From contig JAUWCU010000004.1 of assembly GCA_030609135.1 (NCBI GenBank), positions 1 to 62,344 on the forward strand: a stretch of 62,344 nucleotides of DNA, given 5' to 3'. A model generated the notes under the pieces. It searched no databases. It was given only the letters and a program-made list of their open reading frames with translations, and was not told the origin of the DNA. Below are positions 41,978-50,798 of this stretch, one piece after another (position 1 is the stretch's first letter; each line of letters starts with the position of its first letter). The position numbers were made by a program, and so were the translations under genes. Source of the DNA: Candidatus Stahliibacteriota bacterium. Its GTDB lineage: Bacteria > Hydrothermota > Tepidihabitantia > SM23-42.

Positions 41978-42151
41978 CTATACTCCAACCTGCCTTTTTC
42001 GGCGTTTGGTTTTGCGGCGTTTGCTGTGTGATCGTTTATCACCCGCTGATGTCTTGCCAGTTTCAATGAGTTTCTTGAACTGTTTTTCAGTGAGTTTTTT
42101 CCTCTGCTCATCCCGACGTTGTTCAGTCTTTTTTCGTCGTTCTTTTTTCAT
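41978..42151 (-). CDS. possible 57-aa highly basic small protein (not in the ORF track, below its length cutoff)
   Basis: My own translation gives MKKERRKKTEQRRDEQRKKLTEKQFKKLIETGKTSAGDKRSHSKRRKTKRRKRQVGV. AGGAGG lies 5 nt upstream of the ATG at 42151. Confidence 0.35.
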   Translation of the reverse strand: MKKERRKKTEQRRDEQRKKLTEKQFKKLIETGKTSAGDKRSHSKRRKTKRRKRQVGV

Positions 42152-42230
42152 TCATACCTCCTTGTTACTAAATCCCCTTGTCTTTCCTTTACAATTTTAC
42201 CTAATAAGAACAAAGTGTCAAGCAATTGGT

Positions 42231-42582
42231 CTGAGGTTTACCCACATCCTTGAAATTCATTACGATTATTACCTTATAATTTTTTAAGGTATTTCTCGAT
42301 GCCCCCGCACTTTTGTAAAAGTGCGTGCTGGAAAGGAGCCTCTGGCTGGAAGTTAGCGCTTTGCGCTGGAACCGTTGAATCCTAACGGATTGGAAAGTAA
42401 ATGGAGTGCAACGGCTTGCCGTTGCATGCAGTAGCCCCGATAGAACGGGATTTTCGTTACACTCCAACAAGCTACTGCACTCCGCAGCAAAAGTGCGGGG
42501 TTACTCGAAGGATAAAAGTGAAAAGAAGGGTGCGGTATCTCTTAAATTATTACCGGGAACATGAAATGTGGGTAAACCTCAG
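42231..42582. repeat. about 350-bp nested inverted-repeat region at a strand-switch point
   Basis: Outer 17-nt inverted repeat CTGAGGTTTACCCACAT (42231-42247) / ATGTGGGTAAACCTCAG (42566-42582). Inner inverted repeat CCCCGCACTTTTG (42302-42314) / CAAAAGTGCGGGG (42488-42500). It encloses the 81-nt palindromic element. Confidence 0.7.
42403..42483. repeat. 81-nt GGAGTGCA...TGCACTCC nested-palindrome element (inverted twin of 32372-32452)
   Basis: 81/81 identity in reverse complement. Confidence 0.85.
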
Positions 42583-42617
42583 TATTGGTCTCGCTATACC
42601 ACCGCCGGTTTTCGCTC

Positions 42618-42645
42618 TTGACTTTATGGCGAAAATTGATATCAT
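42618..42645 (+). promoter_or_regulatory. sigma70-type promoter of the mreB operon (SD-led)
   Basis: TTGACT (42618-42623), N16, TATCAT (42640-42645), then a 22-nt leader with AGGAGG. Confidence 0.5.
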
Positions 42646-42667
42646 TAAATAAAAAGGAGGAAATGAA

Positions 42668-43732
42668 GTGGCGATTGATTTAACTGCAGTTTTAAGATTT
42701 TTAAGGCTTGTGAAAAGCCAATTCGTGAGTGACATAGCTATTGACCTTGGGACATGCACTACGCTTATCTATGTAAACGACCGTGGCATTGTGCTCAACG
42801 AACCGACCGTCGTAGCGATTGATACGAAAACAAAAAAGTGCCTTGCCGCTGGGGATGAAGCAAAGAGGATGCTCGGCAGAACACCGGCTGATATCAAGGC
42901 TATTCGACCAATGAAAGATGGTGTTATTGCGGATTTTGAAATGGTTGAGTTACTACTGCGTACATTTATTGAAAAAGTTCAGAAAAGAAAACTGTTCACC
43001 CGCCCAAGGATAATTATCTGCGTTCCTTCAGGGATTACCGAGGTTGAAAAGAGAGCGGTACGCGATTCGGCCGAAGCAGCTGGTGCAAGGGAAGTGTTTT
43101 TGGTATCCGAACCTATTGCTGCGGCTATCGGTATTGATCTACCTGTCCAGTCGCCAACCGGGAACATGGTCATCGACATCGGGGGTGGAACAACAGAAAT
43201 CGCAGTAATTGCATTATCTGGCATTGTCACCAATAACTCGGTGCGCATTGCCGGAGATGAAATGGATGATGCAATAGTTCAGTACATAAAAAAGAACTAC
43301 AATCTAATCATCGGGGAGCAAACTGCAGAACAGATAAAAATAGACATCGGAAATGCCTTTCCCACAGTAGAGGAGAAAACCTATGAAGTCCGAGGTCGTG
43401 ATCTTGTATCGGGTATCCCCAAGACTATAAAACTCACCAGTCACGAGGTGCGCGAAGCGATCCAAGAACCCCTCTCGATGATTATCGAAGCAATACGATC
43501 AACCTTAGAAAAAACGCCACCAGAACTCGCGGCTGACATCCTAAACTCTGGTATCTACCTGGCTGGCGGTGGTTCTCTGTTAAGGGGCATCGATACCCTC
43601 ATTCGTGAAGAAACCAATCTGCCGGTAAGAATTACAGATGAACCGCATAAAGCAATTGTTATTGGTGCCGGGAAGATTCTTGAGGACATGACCACCTATG
43701 AAAAAGTAATATTCCAAATGAAGAGAGAATAG
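42668..43732 (+). CDS. mreB: rod shape-determining protein MreB
   Basis: DIAIDLGTCTTLIYV, actin-fold motifs DIGGGTTEIAVI and LAGGGSLLRGID. GTG start 7 nt after AGGAGG. Confidence 0.9.
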   Translation: MAIDLTAVLRFLRLVKSQFVSDIAIDLGTCTTLIYVNDRGIVLNEPTVVAIDTKTKKCLAAGDEAKRMLGRTPADIKAIRPMKDGVIADFEMVELLLRTFIEKVQKRKLFTRPRIIICVPSGITEVEKRAVRDSAEAAGAREVFLVSEPIAAAIGIDLPVQSPTGNMVIDIGGGTTEIAVIALSGIVTNNSVRIAGDEMDDAIVQYIKKNYNLIIGEQTAEQIKIDIGNAFPTVEEKTYEVRGRDLVSGIPKTIKLTSHEVREAIQEPLSMIIEAIRSTLEKTPPELAADILNSGIYLAGGGSLLRGIDTLIREETNLPVRITDEPHKAIVIGAGKILEDMTTYEKVIFQMKRE

Positions 43733-44479
43733 TTGTCGCGTCGTCAGTTAGCATTTTTCTTTTCTCTTTTATTGATCTCAATAACCTTTCTGTCACTCGG
43801 TGAACACACCAAATTAACTATATCAACCCGCCTTTCTCCGATTCTCCTTTTTCCAGTAACGACAATTACTAAGCTCTTTGACTTCCTGTCTGTTTCAAGC
43901 ACCCGTATAACTGAATTGGAGACCATGGTGAACCGTCTGCGTCTTGAAAATGCCGAGTGGAAGAAGATAATACTTCTCGACACAACAGATTACCAAACCA
44001 CTGAGTATCGGTTGCAGAAGGCACAAATAATTGGTCGCGACCCATCAAACATAAACAGCTATTTGTACATAAATATCGGTGAAAAAGAAGGTGTCCGTAT
44101 TGATCAACCAGTCCTTTGTATAGACGGCTTGATCGGCAAAATAAGATATGTAGGCAATAATTACACAATCGTTGAAACCATTGAAAAACATGGCTTTGCA
44201 GCAAGCGCCCTGGATGCTAAAACAGGCATCCACGGTATTGTGAAGAACCACGGAAATCTGGTTTTTGATTTTGTTAGGATAGATGATGAAATAAACATAG
44301 GTGATTCTGTATACACTTCAGGGATGAGTGATATTTTCCCCGAAGGCATCTTGATTGGAATAGTGAAAAAAATCGATGAATCAGATGATCAGTTTTTCAA
44401 GCCCATCTATCTAAAACCGAGCGTCCGGATCAACCGGCTCAATTATGTTTATGTTGTTTACGGTAAGGAAAACAATTGA
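43733..44479 (+). CDS. mreC: rod shape-determining protein MreC
   Basis: Position after mreB, N-terminal membrane anchor, coiled segment, and the C-terminal beta domain motif YTSGMSDIFPEGILIG. TTG start. Confidence 0.8.
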   Translation: MSRRQLAFFFSLLLISITFLSLGEHTKLTISTRLSPILLFPVTTITKLFDFLSVSSTRITELETMVNRLRLENAEWKKIILLDTTDYQTTEYRLQKAQIIGRDPSNINSYLYINIGEKEGVRIDQPVLCIDGLIGKIRYVGNNYTIVETIEKHGFAASALDAKTGIHGIVKNHGNLVFDFVRIDDEINIGDSVYTSGMSDIFPEGILIGIVKKIDESDDQFFKPIYLKPSVRINRLNYVYVVYGKENN

Positions 44480-44895
44480 AATACCTATTGTATTTTGCAC
44501 TACTTTATGTCCTGCTCCCTTTCAACCTATATATCGATCTAATTTCGATACTGGTATTTTATTTGGTTTTCAATGAAGATGAAAGATTTGCCCTTATTTT
44601 TTCTTTTTTCGCCGGACTCCTCATTGATTTATTCCACCCCGTTGTCTTAGGTGTAAATATCCTCATTTACGTTATATTTGTGCAAACTCTATTATATGTT
44701 AAAAAGTACTTTAAGCAAAATATGTGGGTAAACTGGATTGTCTTCGCCGTCTATTACCTGGCGAAAGTGTTTGTAACACACATCGCAATTTCCGCACCGG
44801 TGAGGATCCAACCTATTATCCTCACAATTATGTGTTTCTTGCCGTTAGTCTTAATATCCAATAAAATAAAATACAGGGTATGGATGAGAACATAA
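44476..44895 (+). CDS. mreD: rod shape-determining protein MreD
   Basis: 139-aa polytopic membrane protein located between mreC and mrdA. TTG start overlapping the mreC stop. Confidence 0.7.
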   Translation: MKYLLYFALLYVLLPFNLYIDLISILVFYLVFNEDERFALIFSFFAGLLIDLFHPVVLGVNILIYVIFVQTLLYVKKYFKQNMWVNWIVFAVYYLAKVFVTHIAISAPVRIQPIILTIMCFLPLVLISNKIKYRVWMRT

Positions 44896-46604
44896 AGAGA
44901 TTCAAGTTCCTGCGCAATGTCATCATTGGCACCGCGATCGTTATCATCATTGCAAGCATAAAACTACAGGTGATCGAAGGCAAGAAGTACTCTCGACTTG
45001 CGGAAAAAAATCGAATAAGACAGCGATACATTACCGCACCGCGCGGCAAAATTTTTGACCGAAACGGAATCGAAATCGCTAATACAAGACCGGGTTTCTA
45101 TGTGTCGGTAATCCAATCGATGATCGATAACAAAACCCTGGAAAGTATATCAAAAATTCTTGATATCGATAAAGAGACTGCCCGGAATAAATTCAAGCTT
45201 GAGAAGAATCCCTTTATGCCTGTAAAAATCGCCCACGACATATCTTACCGACAACTGTCGATTATTGAAGAAAACATAGATGACCTCAAAGGTATTGAAG
45301 TTGGTGTTGAACCACTTAGGAACTATCCATATGGTGAACTGCTCTGCCATCTCCTTGGTTATGTTGGTGAAATAACACACCAGGAAATAAAGCGATTACA
45401 GGACTACTCTATCAATGATTACATAGGAAGGATGGGCATTGAAGAACACAATGAAAATCAATTGAAGGGGAACTACGGTATCGAATTCATCGAAGTTGAT
45501 GCGCGGGGCAGAGAAATAGGTGAAATAACTGAAAAAAGAACGATCCCGGTAGTCAATGGGCAGGACTTCTACACAACAATCGATGTCGTGTTGACTGAAT
45601 CTGTGGCGGTCTACTTGGAAAAGTACAAAAAAGCAGCTTGCGTGTGTCTGGACCCAAAGAATGGAGACATCCTTGTTCTTTATTCAAAACCTGGTTTTGA
45701 CCCAAATCTTTTTGTCCATGGAATGAAAAAAAAAGAATGGGAAATACTTAACAAAACACCTGATGCGCCAATGTATAACCGCGCGCTGATGAGTTGTTAT
45801 CCAGGTGGGTCCACATTCAAACCATTTGTTGCCCTTGCGGCTCTGGATGCTAATATGATTACCCCTGAAAAAACCTTCAAAATATGTACCGGGAAATATC
45901 GCTTAGGAAGACGAACATTCCGGTGCTGGAAAAAACACGGCAAACTGCAACTTAGCGGCGCCATAATCCATTCATGCGACATCTATTTTTATCAACTCGG
46001 TGCATTTATTGGAATTGACACAATCGTATCAAGGACAAGCGAGCTCGGCTTTGGTAAGCTCACCGGCATTGATTTACCCGGCGAAAAAGAAGGCTGTTTA
46101 CCTGACCGAGCGTTCTTTGAAAAGAAATACGGCAAGAACTGGCCTGAAGGACACATCTTTAATTTGAGCATTGGGCAGGGTGACTTACTCGCTACACCTC
46201 TGCAAATGGCTTGCGCTTACACAGTATTTGCAAATGATGGTGAAATCGTTGTGCCCCATGTTACTAAGACTGACGACTATGCATATCGTACAACCAATAT
46301 CTCTCAGGCATCAATTGAGATTATCAAAGAAATGCTCGCCGGCGTTGTCGCTTTTGGTACCGGTGGCTTGGCTCGTCTTGATGATTACGTAGTGTGCGGT
46401 AAGACCGGAACTGTCCAGAATCCCCATGGTGATGATCATGCCTTATTCATAGGTTATGGACCTGGAGACGCGCCAGCTATCCTGGTATGTCTGGTTGTGG
46501 AAAATGCCGGGCACGGCGGAAGTGTAGCAGCACCAGTCGTTGGTAGAATAATTCGCACCTTTCTCAATAATACAAGGCTTACGCAATATGCAAAAGAAAA
46601 CTAA
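44880..46604 (+). CDS. mrdA: penicillin-binding protein 2 (elongasome transpeptidase)
   Basis: PRGKIFDRNG and SxxK (GSTFKP). SxN-position motif SCD. KTGT. Confidence 0.9.
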   Translation: MDENIKRFKFLRNVIIGTAIVIIIASIKLQVIEGKKYSRLAEKNRIRQRYITAPRGKIFDRNGIEIANTRPGFYVSVIQSMIDNKTLESISKILDIDKETARNKFKLEKNPFMPVKIAHDISYRQLSIIEENIDDLKGIEVGVEPLRNYPYGELLCHLLGYVGEITHQEIKRLQDYSINDYIGRMGIEEHNENQLKGNYGIEFIEVDARGREIGEITEKRTIPVVNGQDFYTTIDVVLTESVAVYLEKYKKAACVCLDPKNGDILVLYSKPGFDPNLFVHGMKKKEWEILNKTPDAPMYNRALMSCYPGGSTFKPFVALAALDANMITPEKTFKICTGKYRLGRRTFRCWKKHGKLQLSGAIIHSCDIYFYQLGAFIGIDTIVSRTSELGFGKLTGIDLPGEKEGCLPDRAFFEKKYGKNWPEGHIFNLSIGQGDLLATPLQMACAYTVFANDGEIVVPHVTKTDDYAYRTTNISQASIEIIKEMLAGVVAFGTGGLARLDDYVVCGKTGTVQNPHGDDHALFIGYGPGDAPAILVCLVVENAGHGGSVAAPVVGRIIRTFLNNTRLTQYAKEN

Positions 46605-47766
46605 CTTCAGGATTATCGTCGCGGTTACTGTACTCTCACTCATCGGTCTACTCATGGTATTCTCAACTGCGGACCTACATACCCTCACAAAACAAGCAGT
46701 TTGGCTGGTCATCGCAATGATTACCGCGATAGTCATCTCGAAAATCCCTCCAAGGTTCTGGTCAAATATTGCGCCAGTACTATACATTGGAGCGATAATC
46801 CTCCTTCTTATCTTACTCCTCACCCAAAGTTCTTATCCAAAACGCTGGTTTAAGATCGGTACGATCTCCATCCAGCCATCTGAATTCGCCAAGTTTGCAA
46901 CCGTGGTTTTTCTCGCAAGTTACCTCGCCGCACGTAAGAAAATGAAACGATTCTCAGACCTTCTGGTGCCGCTTGTCATAATCGCGATGCCCGCAATCTT
47001 AATATTCTTTGAACCTGATTTAGGAAGTGCTCAGATTTTCTTTCCAATCCTCTTGCTCATGTTGTACTGGGCTGGTATGCCAGCGACTAAAATTTTCATC
47101 TTCTTCTCCCCCCTTATCTCAGCCGCGGCAAGCTTTATCATTTATGTCTGGGTAGCATATTTCATAGGCTTAACCGTCTTCCTCTATTTTCACAAACAAC
47201 TGAATGACTTTATCTATGGCACCGTTAGCAACTTCCTCGCCGGTTTAGTAATGCCCCTTGTTTGGAATTTGCTGAAACCTTATCAGCAAGAGCGTATAAT
47301 CACCTTTTTCTCACCATGGGTCGATCCTCGAGGCATGGCGTGGCAGACTATCCAATCAAAAATCGCCATCGGTTCAGGCGGCATCATTGGTAAAGGGTTC
47401 TTGTCAGGAACCCAGAAAAAATTGGAATTTCTGCCATTGAGGCATACTGATTTCGTATTCTCATGTCTCGGTGAAGAATTCGGTCTGATCGGCATCATCT
47501 TAACAACCCTTGTCTTTGCCTATCTTTTCTATGAACTACTGCTTCTTACAAGAACAACAAAAAACCGTTTTTCCAGTATCATGGTTGCCGGAGTACTTGC
47601 CTGGCTGGGATATCAAACATTCGTAAATATGGGGATGACCTTGGGTCTTTTACCAGTAACCGGTGTACCCTTACCATTTATCAGCTATGGCGGTTCTTCG
47701 CTCCTTGCTTGCTATATGGCAATAGGCGTTTGCCTTGCCGTGTCAAAGCTAAAGTTTAAGTACTAG
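46588..47766 (+). CDS. rodA: FtsW/RodA/SpoVE-family peptidoglycan glycosyltransferase RodA
   Basis: Ten-helix pattern with QPSEFAK, HTDFVFS and PLPFISYGGSS. Confidence 0.9.
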   Translation: MQKKTNFRIIVAVTVLSLIGLLMVFSTADLHTLTKQAVWLVIAMITAIVISKIPPRFWSNIAPVLYIGAIILLLILLLTQSSYPKRWFKIGTISIQPSEFAKFATVVFLASYLAARKKMKRFSDLLVPLVIIAMPAILIFFEPDLGSAQIFFPILLLMLYWAGMPATKIFIFFSPLISAAASFIIYVWVAYFIGLTVFLYFHKQLNDFIYGTVSNFLAGLVMPLVWNLLKPYQQERIITFFSPWVDPRGMAWQTIQSKIAIGSGGIIGKGFLSGTQKKLEFLPLRHTDFVFSCLGEEFGLIGIILTTLVFAYLFYELLLLTRTTKNRFSSIMVAGVLAWLGYQTFVNMGMTLGLLPVTGVPLPFISYGGSSLLACYMAIGVCLAVSKLKFKY

Positions 47767-47811
47767 ACTCCACAATAATAATCTCTGTAATCTCTTTTGT
47801 ATCGTTGTAAT

Positions 47812-47842
47812 CTGAGATTTCTGATTTTTTCAGAAATCTCAG
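47812..47842 (+). terminator. 13-bp hairpin after rodA (possible terminator)
   Basis: CTGAGATTTCTGA-ttttt-TCAGAAATCTCAG. The T-run is in the loop rather than after the stem, so this is weak. Confidence 0.35.
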
Positions 47843-47849
47843 AAATCTC

Positions 47850-47878
47850 TTGACAAGCAAGGCAAAAATGGGTATTCT
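47850..47878 (+). promoter_or_regulatory. sigma70-type promoter of the 47901 gene (SD-led)
   Basis: TTGACA (47850-47855), N17, TATTCT (47873-47878), then a leader with AAGGAGG. Confidence 0.45.
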
Positions 47879-47900
47879 TGTAAGATTATAAGGAGGTTAT

Positions 47901-48641
47901 ATGAAAAAATTTTTGGTGATATCATCAATTCTTATTCTGGCTGCCTGCAATACTGGCTTAGAGATCAATACTGAATGCGTGCTCAAACACACCGCGGAAA
48001 TGGTGAAATTCGAAAACACGGCAGGTGATATTGAAGAGGTTTTTGTCAACCTTTCCTGGACCTGGGTTCATGGCACGCCTAATGGTGACGGTGTGATTGT
48101 CGAAAGACAGATCACAAGTGACTATGATTCGATTGGTTATGTAGATTCTATTACTACATTGATGACTTTTACTGATACGTCTGACTTGCTTGAACCAAAT
48201 CTCGCGGTATCCTATCGTTTGGGTTTTCTTGTCGGCAAATCAGTAGATTATTTTGTGACCACGGACTTCACAATACCAGGGACCCAACACTTTGTACAAC
48301 CAGATACTGAATTCATAACCATAGATACTACAAATAATACCCTGACCATAGAGTTTGCTGCGCTTGCTGGCTTTGATGAAACTGACATCGCGATTTATAA
48401 AACATCGTTTACAGATATCGATAGTATCATAAATACGCCAATCGAAGAACTATTGGAGATCCTCACTAACCCATTGATTGATACAACGCTGACTAATACT
48501 ATATGGGTTATTCCTGGAGCCGACGCGCTAATTGAAACACTCTCGGTTCACATGATAAAGATATCTTCGTCCAAAATGGGTCAGTTAGAATATATCACTG
48601 ACACATCTATCGGGCTTCGCGCCTTCATAAGAACACCTTAG
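47901..48641 (+). CDS. lipoprotein of unknown function
   Basis: Lipobox MKKFLVISSILILAAC. Confidence 0.6.
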   Translation: MKKFLVISSILILAACNTGLEINTECVLKHTAEMVKFENTAGDIEEVFVNLSWTWVHGTPNGDGVIVERQITSDYDSIGYVDSITTLMTFTDTSDLLEPNLAVSYRLGFLVGKSVDYFVTTDFTIPGTQHFVQPDTEFITIDTTNNTLTIEFAALAGFDETDIAIYKTSFTDIDSIINTPIEELLEILTNPLIDTTLTNTIWVIPGADALIETLSVHMIKISSSKMGQLEYITDTSIGLRAFIRTP

Positions 48642-48663
48642 CCCATCTGGTGTAGTATCTCCT

Positions 48664-49722
48664 ATGGCAAGAATAGAACTTGATGTTCTCCTTGAAGAAC
48701 TGGTTCTGAGGGAAGGTTCAGATCTCCATCTCCGCTGTGGAGAACCACCTATCCTCAGGGTTGCTGGAAAACTCCAAAAGATGGAACAAAAGCCGCTCGA
48801 CGACCAAGACCTTGAATGTCTTATCTACGGCTTGATGAACCCCCTTCAAAAAAACCAATTCCTCAAGATGTTAGAATTTGATATGGCATATGAAATATCC
48901 GGTGTTGCAAGATTCAGGGTCAATTGCTTTAGACAAATGGGTCACATCGGTGCGGTCATGAGAATCATCCCGCTTAAAATAAACACCATTGATGAGTGGG
49001 GTTTTCCAAGTGTTTTCAAGAAAATTGCGGAACTCCCCCGGGGTCTTGTTCTTGTAACTGGTCCAACTGGCAGCGGCAAGTCCACTACTCTAGCCGCTAT
49101 CATAGAACATATAAATCAAACCCAGAAAAAACACATAATTACAGTTGAAGATCCCATTGAGTTCTTGCATCGCGACGCCAAGTCTATAATTGAACAGCGG
49201 GAAATCGGCATTGACACGCTTTCTTATGCAGAAGCCCTGCGCCGGGTTATCCGGCAGAATCCAGATATTATCTTAGTCGGTGAAATGCGGGATCTCGAAA
49301 CGGTTGCGCAAACAATAACTGCTGCCGAAACTGGTCACTTAGTATTTTCAACCCTGCACACTATCGATGCGGTCCAGACGATCGACCGAATAATAGATGT
49401 CTTTCCGCCAGCACAGCAGCAGCAAATCCGGCTGCAACTGTCAACGACCCTCCAGGCCGTAATTACAGAAACCCTTGTACGCCGCAAAGGCGGCCATGGA
49501 AGAGCTGCTGCCTTTGAAATCATGGTTTGCACACCGGCGATAAGAAGCGCTATCCGGGAAGCCAAAACTCCTCAAATCTACACGTCTATCCAAACTGGCT
49601 CAAGAATGGGTATGATACAGATGGATCAATATCTAAGGAACTTGTTTCATCAGGGTGTCATCGAATACGAAGAGGCTCTTGCAAACTGTAATAACCCAGA
49701 TGAATTCGAAAAAAGGGTTTAG
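48664..49722 (+). CDS. pilT: PilT-family type IV pilus retraction ATPase
   Basis: GPTGSGKSTT, ITVEDPIEF, ILVGEMRDLET, GHLVFSTLHT and AIRSAIRE. Confidence 0.9.
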   Translation: MARIELDVLLEELVLREGSDLHLRCGEPPILRVAGKLQKMEQKPLDDQDLECLIYGLMNPLQKNQFLKMLEFDMAYEISGVARFRVNCFRQMGHIGAVMRIIPLKINTIDEWGFPSVFKKIAELPRGLVLVTGPTGSGKSTTLAAIIEHINQTQKKHIITVEDPIEFLHRDAKSIIEQREIGIDTLSYAEALRRVIRQNPDIILVGEMRDLETVAQTITAAETGHLVFSTLHTIDAVQTIDRIIDVFPPAQQQQIRLQLSTTLQAVITETLVRRKGGHGRAAAFEIMVCTPAIRSAIREAKTPQIYTSIQTGSRMGMIQMDQYLRNLFHQGVIEYEEALANCNNPDEFEKRV

Positions 49723-49724
49723 CA

Positions 49725-50798
49725 ATGATCAAACTGCACGATCTTATCAGAGCACAGATCCAGTATAATGCGTCAGATCTAATACTTAAAGTCAATTCGC
49801 CACCTATTATGCGCGTTAATGGCGATTTGAGATTACTCGATCTACCGCCATTAAGTAAAGTCGATATTGAAACCGGTCTTGTTGAACTTCTGTCAAAAAA
49901 ACAGTTAGAAGAATATAAAAAAACGTTCGAACTCGATTTTTCATATACCATGCCCACCGATGAGAGGTTTCGAATTAACTTATTCAAGCAAAAGGGTAAC
50001 CTGGGCGGTGTATTTCGACTTATCCCCTCAAAAATCCCCACCCTCGACGAAATCGGTTTTGCTACCGGGCTGAAAGAAATGGCCTTGAGACCACGCGGTC
50101 TTATTGTTATCACTGGACCTTCCGGCTGCGGTAAATCAACAACCCAAGCTGCCCTATTAGATTACCGCAATACAAATGACAAGTGTCACATTGTAACAGT
50201 CGAGGACCCGGTTGAGTTCATTCACAAAAATAAACAGGCATTAGTGACCCAAAGAGAAGTCGGTAAAGACACTCATTCTTTTGCCAATGCCCTCAAATTC
50301 GTGCTCCGACAAGACCCTGACGTTATCCTCGTAGGTGAAATGAGAGATTTAGAAACAATTGCGTTAGCTATTACCGCCGCGGAAACTGGACATACTGTAA
50401 TAACCACATTACACACAGCTGATTCAATATCAACAATTGATCGCATCATTGATGTCTTTCCGCCCCATCAACAAAACCAAATAAGGATGCAACTTTCACT
50501 GAACCTCCTTTGTGTTGTTTCCCAGAACCTCTTAAAACGCGCCGATGGCAAGGGACGGATTGCCGCGGCAGAAATACTGATTGCCGTCCCGGCCGTAAGA
50601 AATCTGATACGGGAGGCAAAGACTCATCAGATATCCTCAATTCTGCAAACATCCCAACAACTGGGTATGATAAGTTTTGATGCATCTCTCGCCAACCTGG
50701 TAAAAAAGAATGTTCTAACAAAAGAGGAAGCTGAATCAAAATCCCTCAATCCGGACGCGTTCCATAAGGAAATGGAACAGCTGTCAAAATCTGGATAG
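49725..50798 (+). CDS. pilT: PilT-family ATPase, second tandem copy
   Basis: GPSGCGKSTT, VTVEDPVEF, ILVGEMRDLET and GHTVITTLHT, plus the canonical AVRNLIRE motif. Confidence 0.9.
   Translation: MIKLHDLIRAQIQYNASDLILKVNSPPIMRVNGDLRLLDLPPLSKVDIETGLVELLSKKQLEEYKKTFELDFSYTMPTDERFRINLFKQKGNLGGVFRLIPSKIPTLDEIGFATGLKEMALRPRGLIVITGPSGCGKSTTQAALLDYRNTNDKCHIVTVEDPVEFIHKNKQALVTQREVGKDTHSFANALKFVLRQDPDVILVGEMRDLETIALAITAAETGHTVITTLHTADSISTIDRIIDVFPPHQQNQIRMQLSLNLLCVVSQNLLKRADGKGRIAAAEILIAVPAVRNLIREAKTHQISSILQTSQQLGMISFDASLANLVKKNVLTKEEAESKSLNPDAFHKEMEQLSKSG

Noticed and set aside
41246-42111. Track ORFs 41246-41893 (+, 215 aa) and 41818-42111 (-, 97 aa).
   Set aside because: The plus-strand ORF is antisense to the well-supported IHF and zinc-ribbon genes and has low-complexity composition. 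The minus-strand ORF lacks an SD and contains the -35 and -10 elements of the downstream operon.
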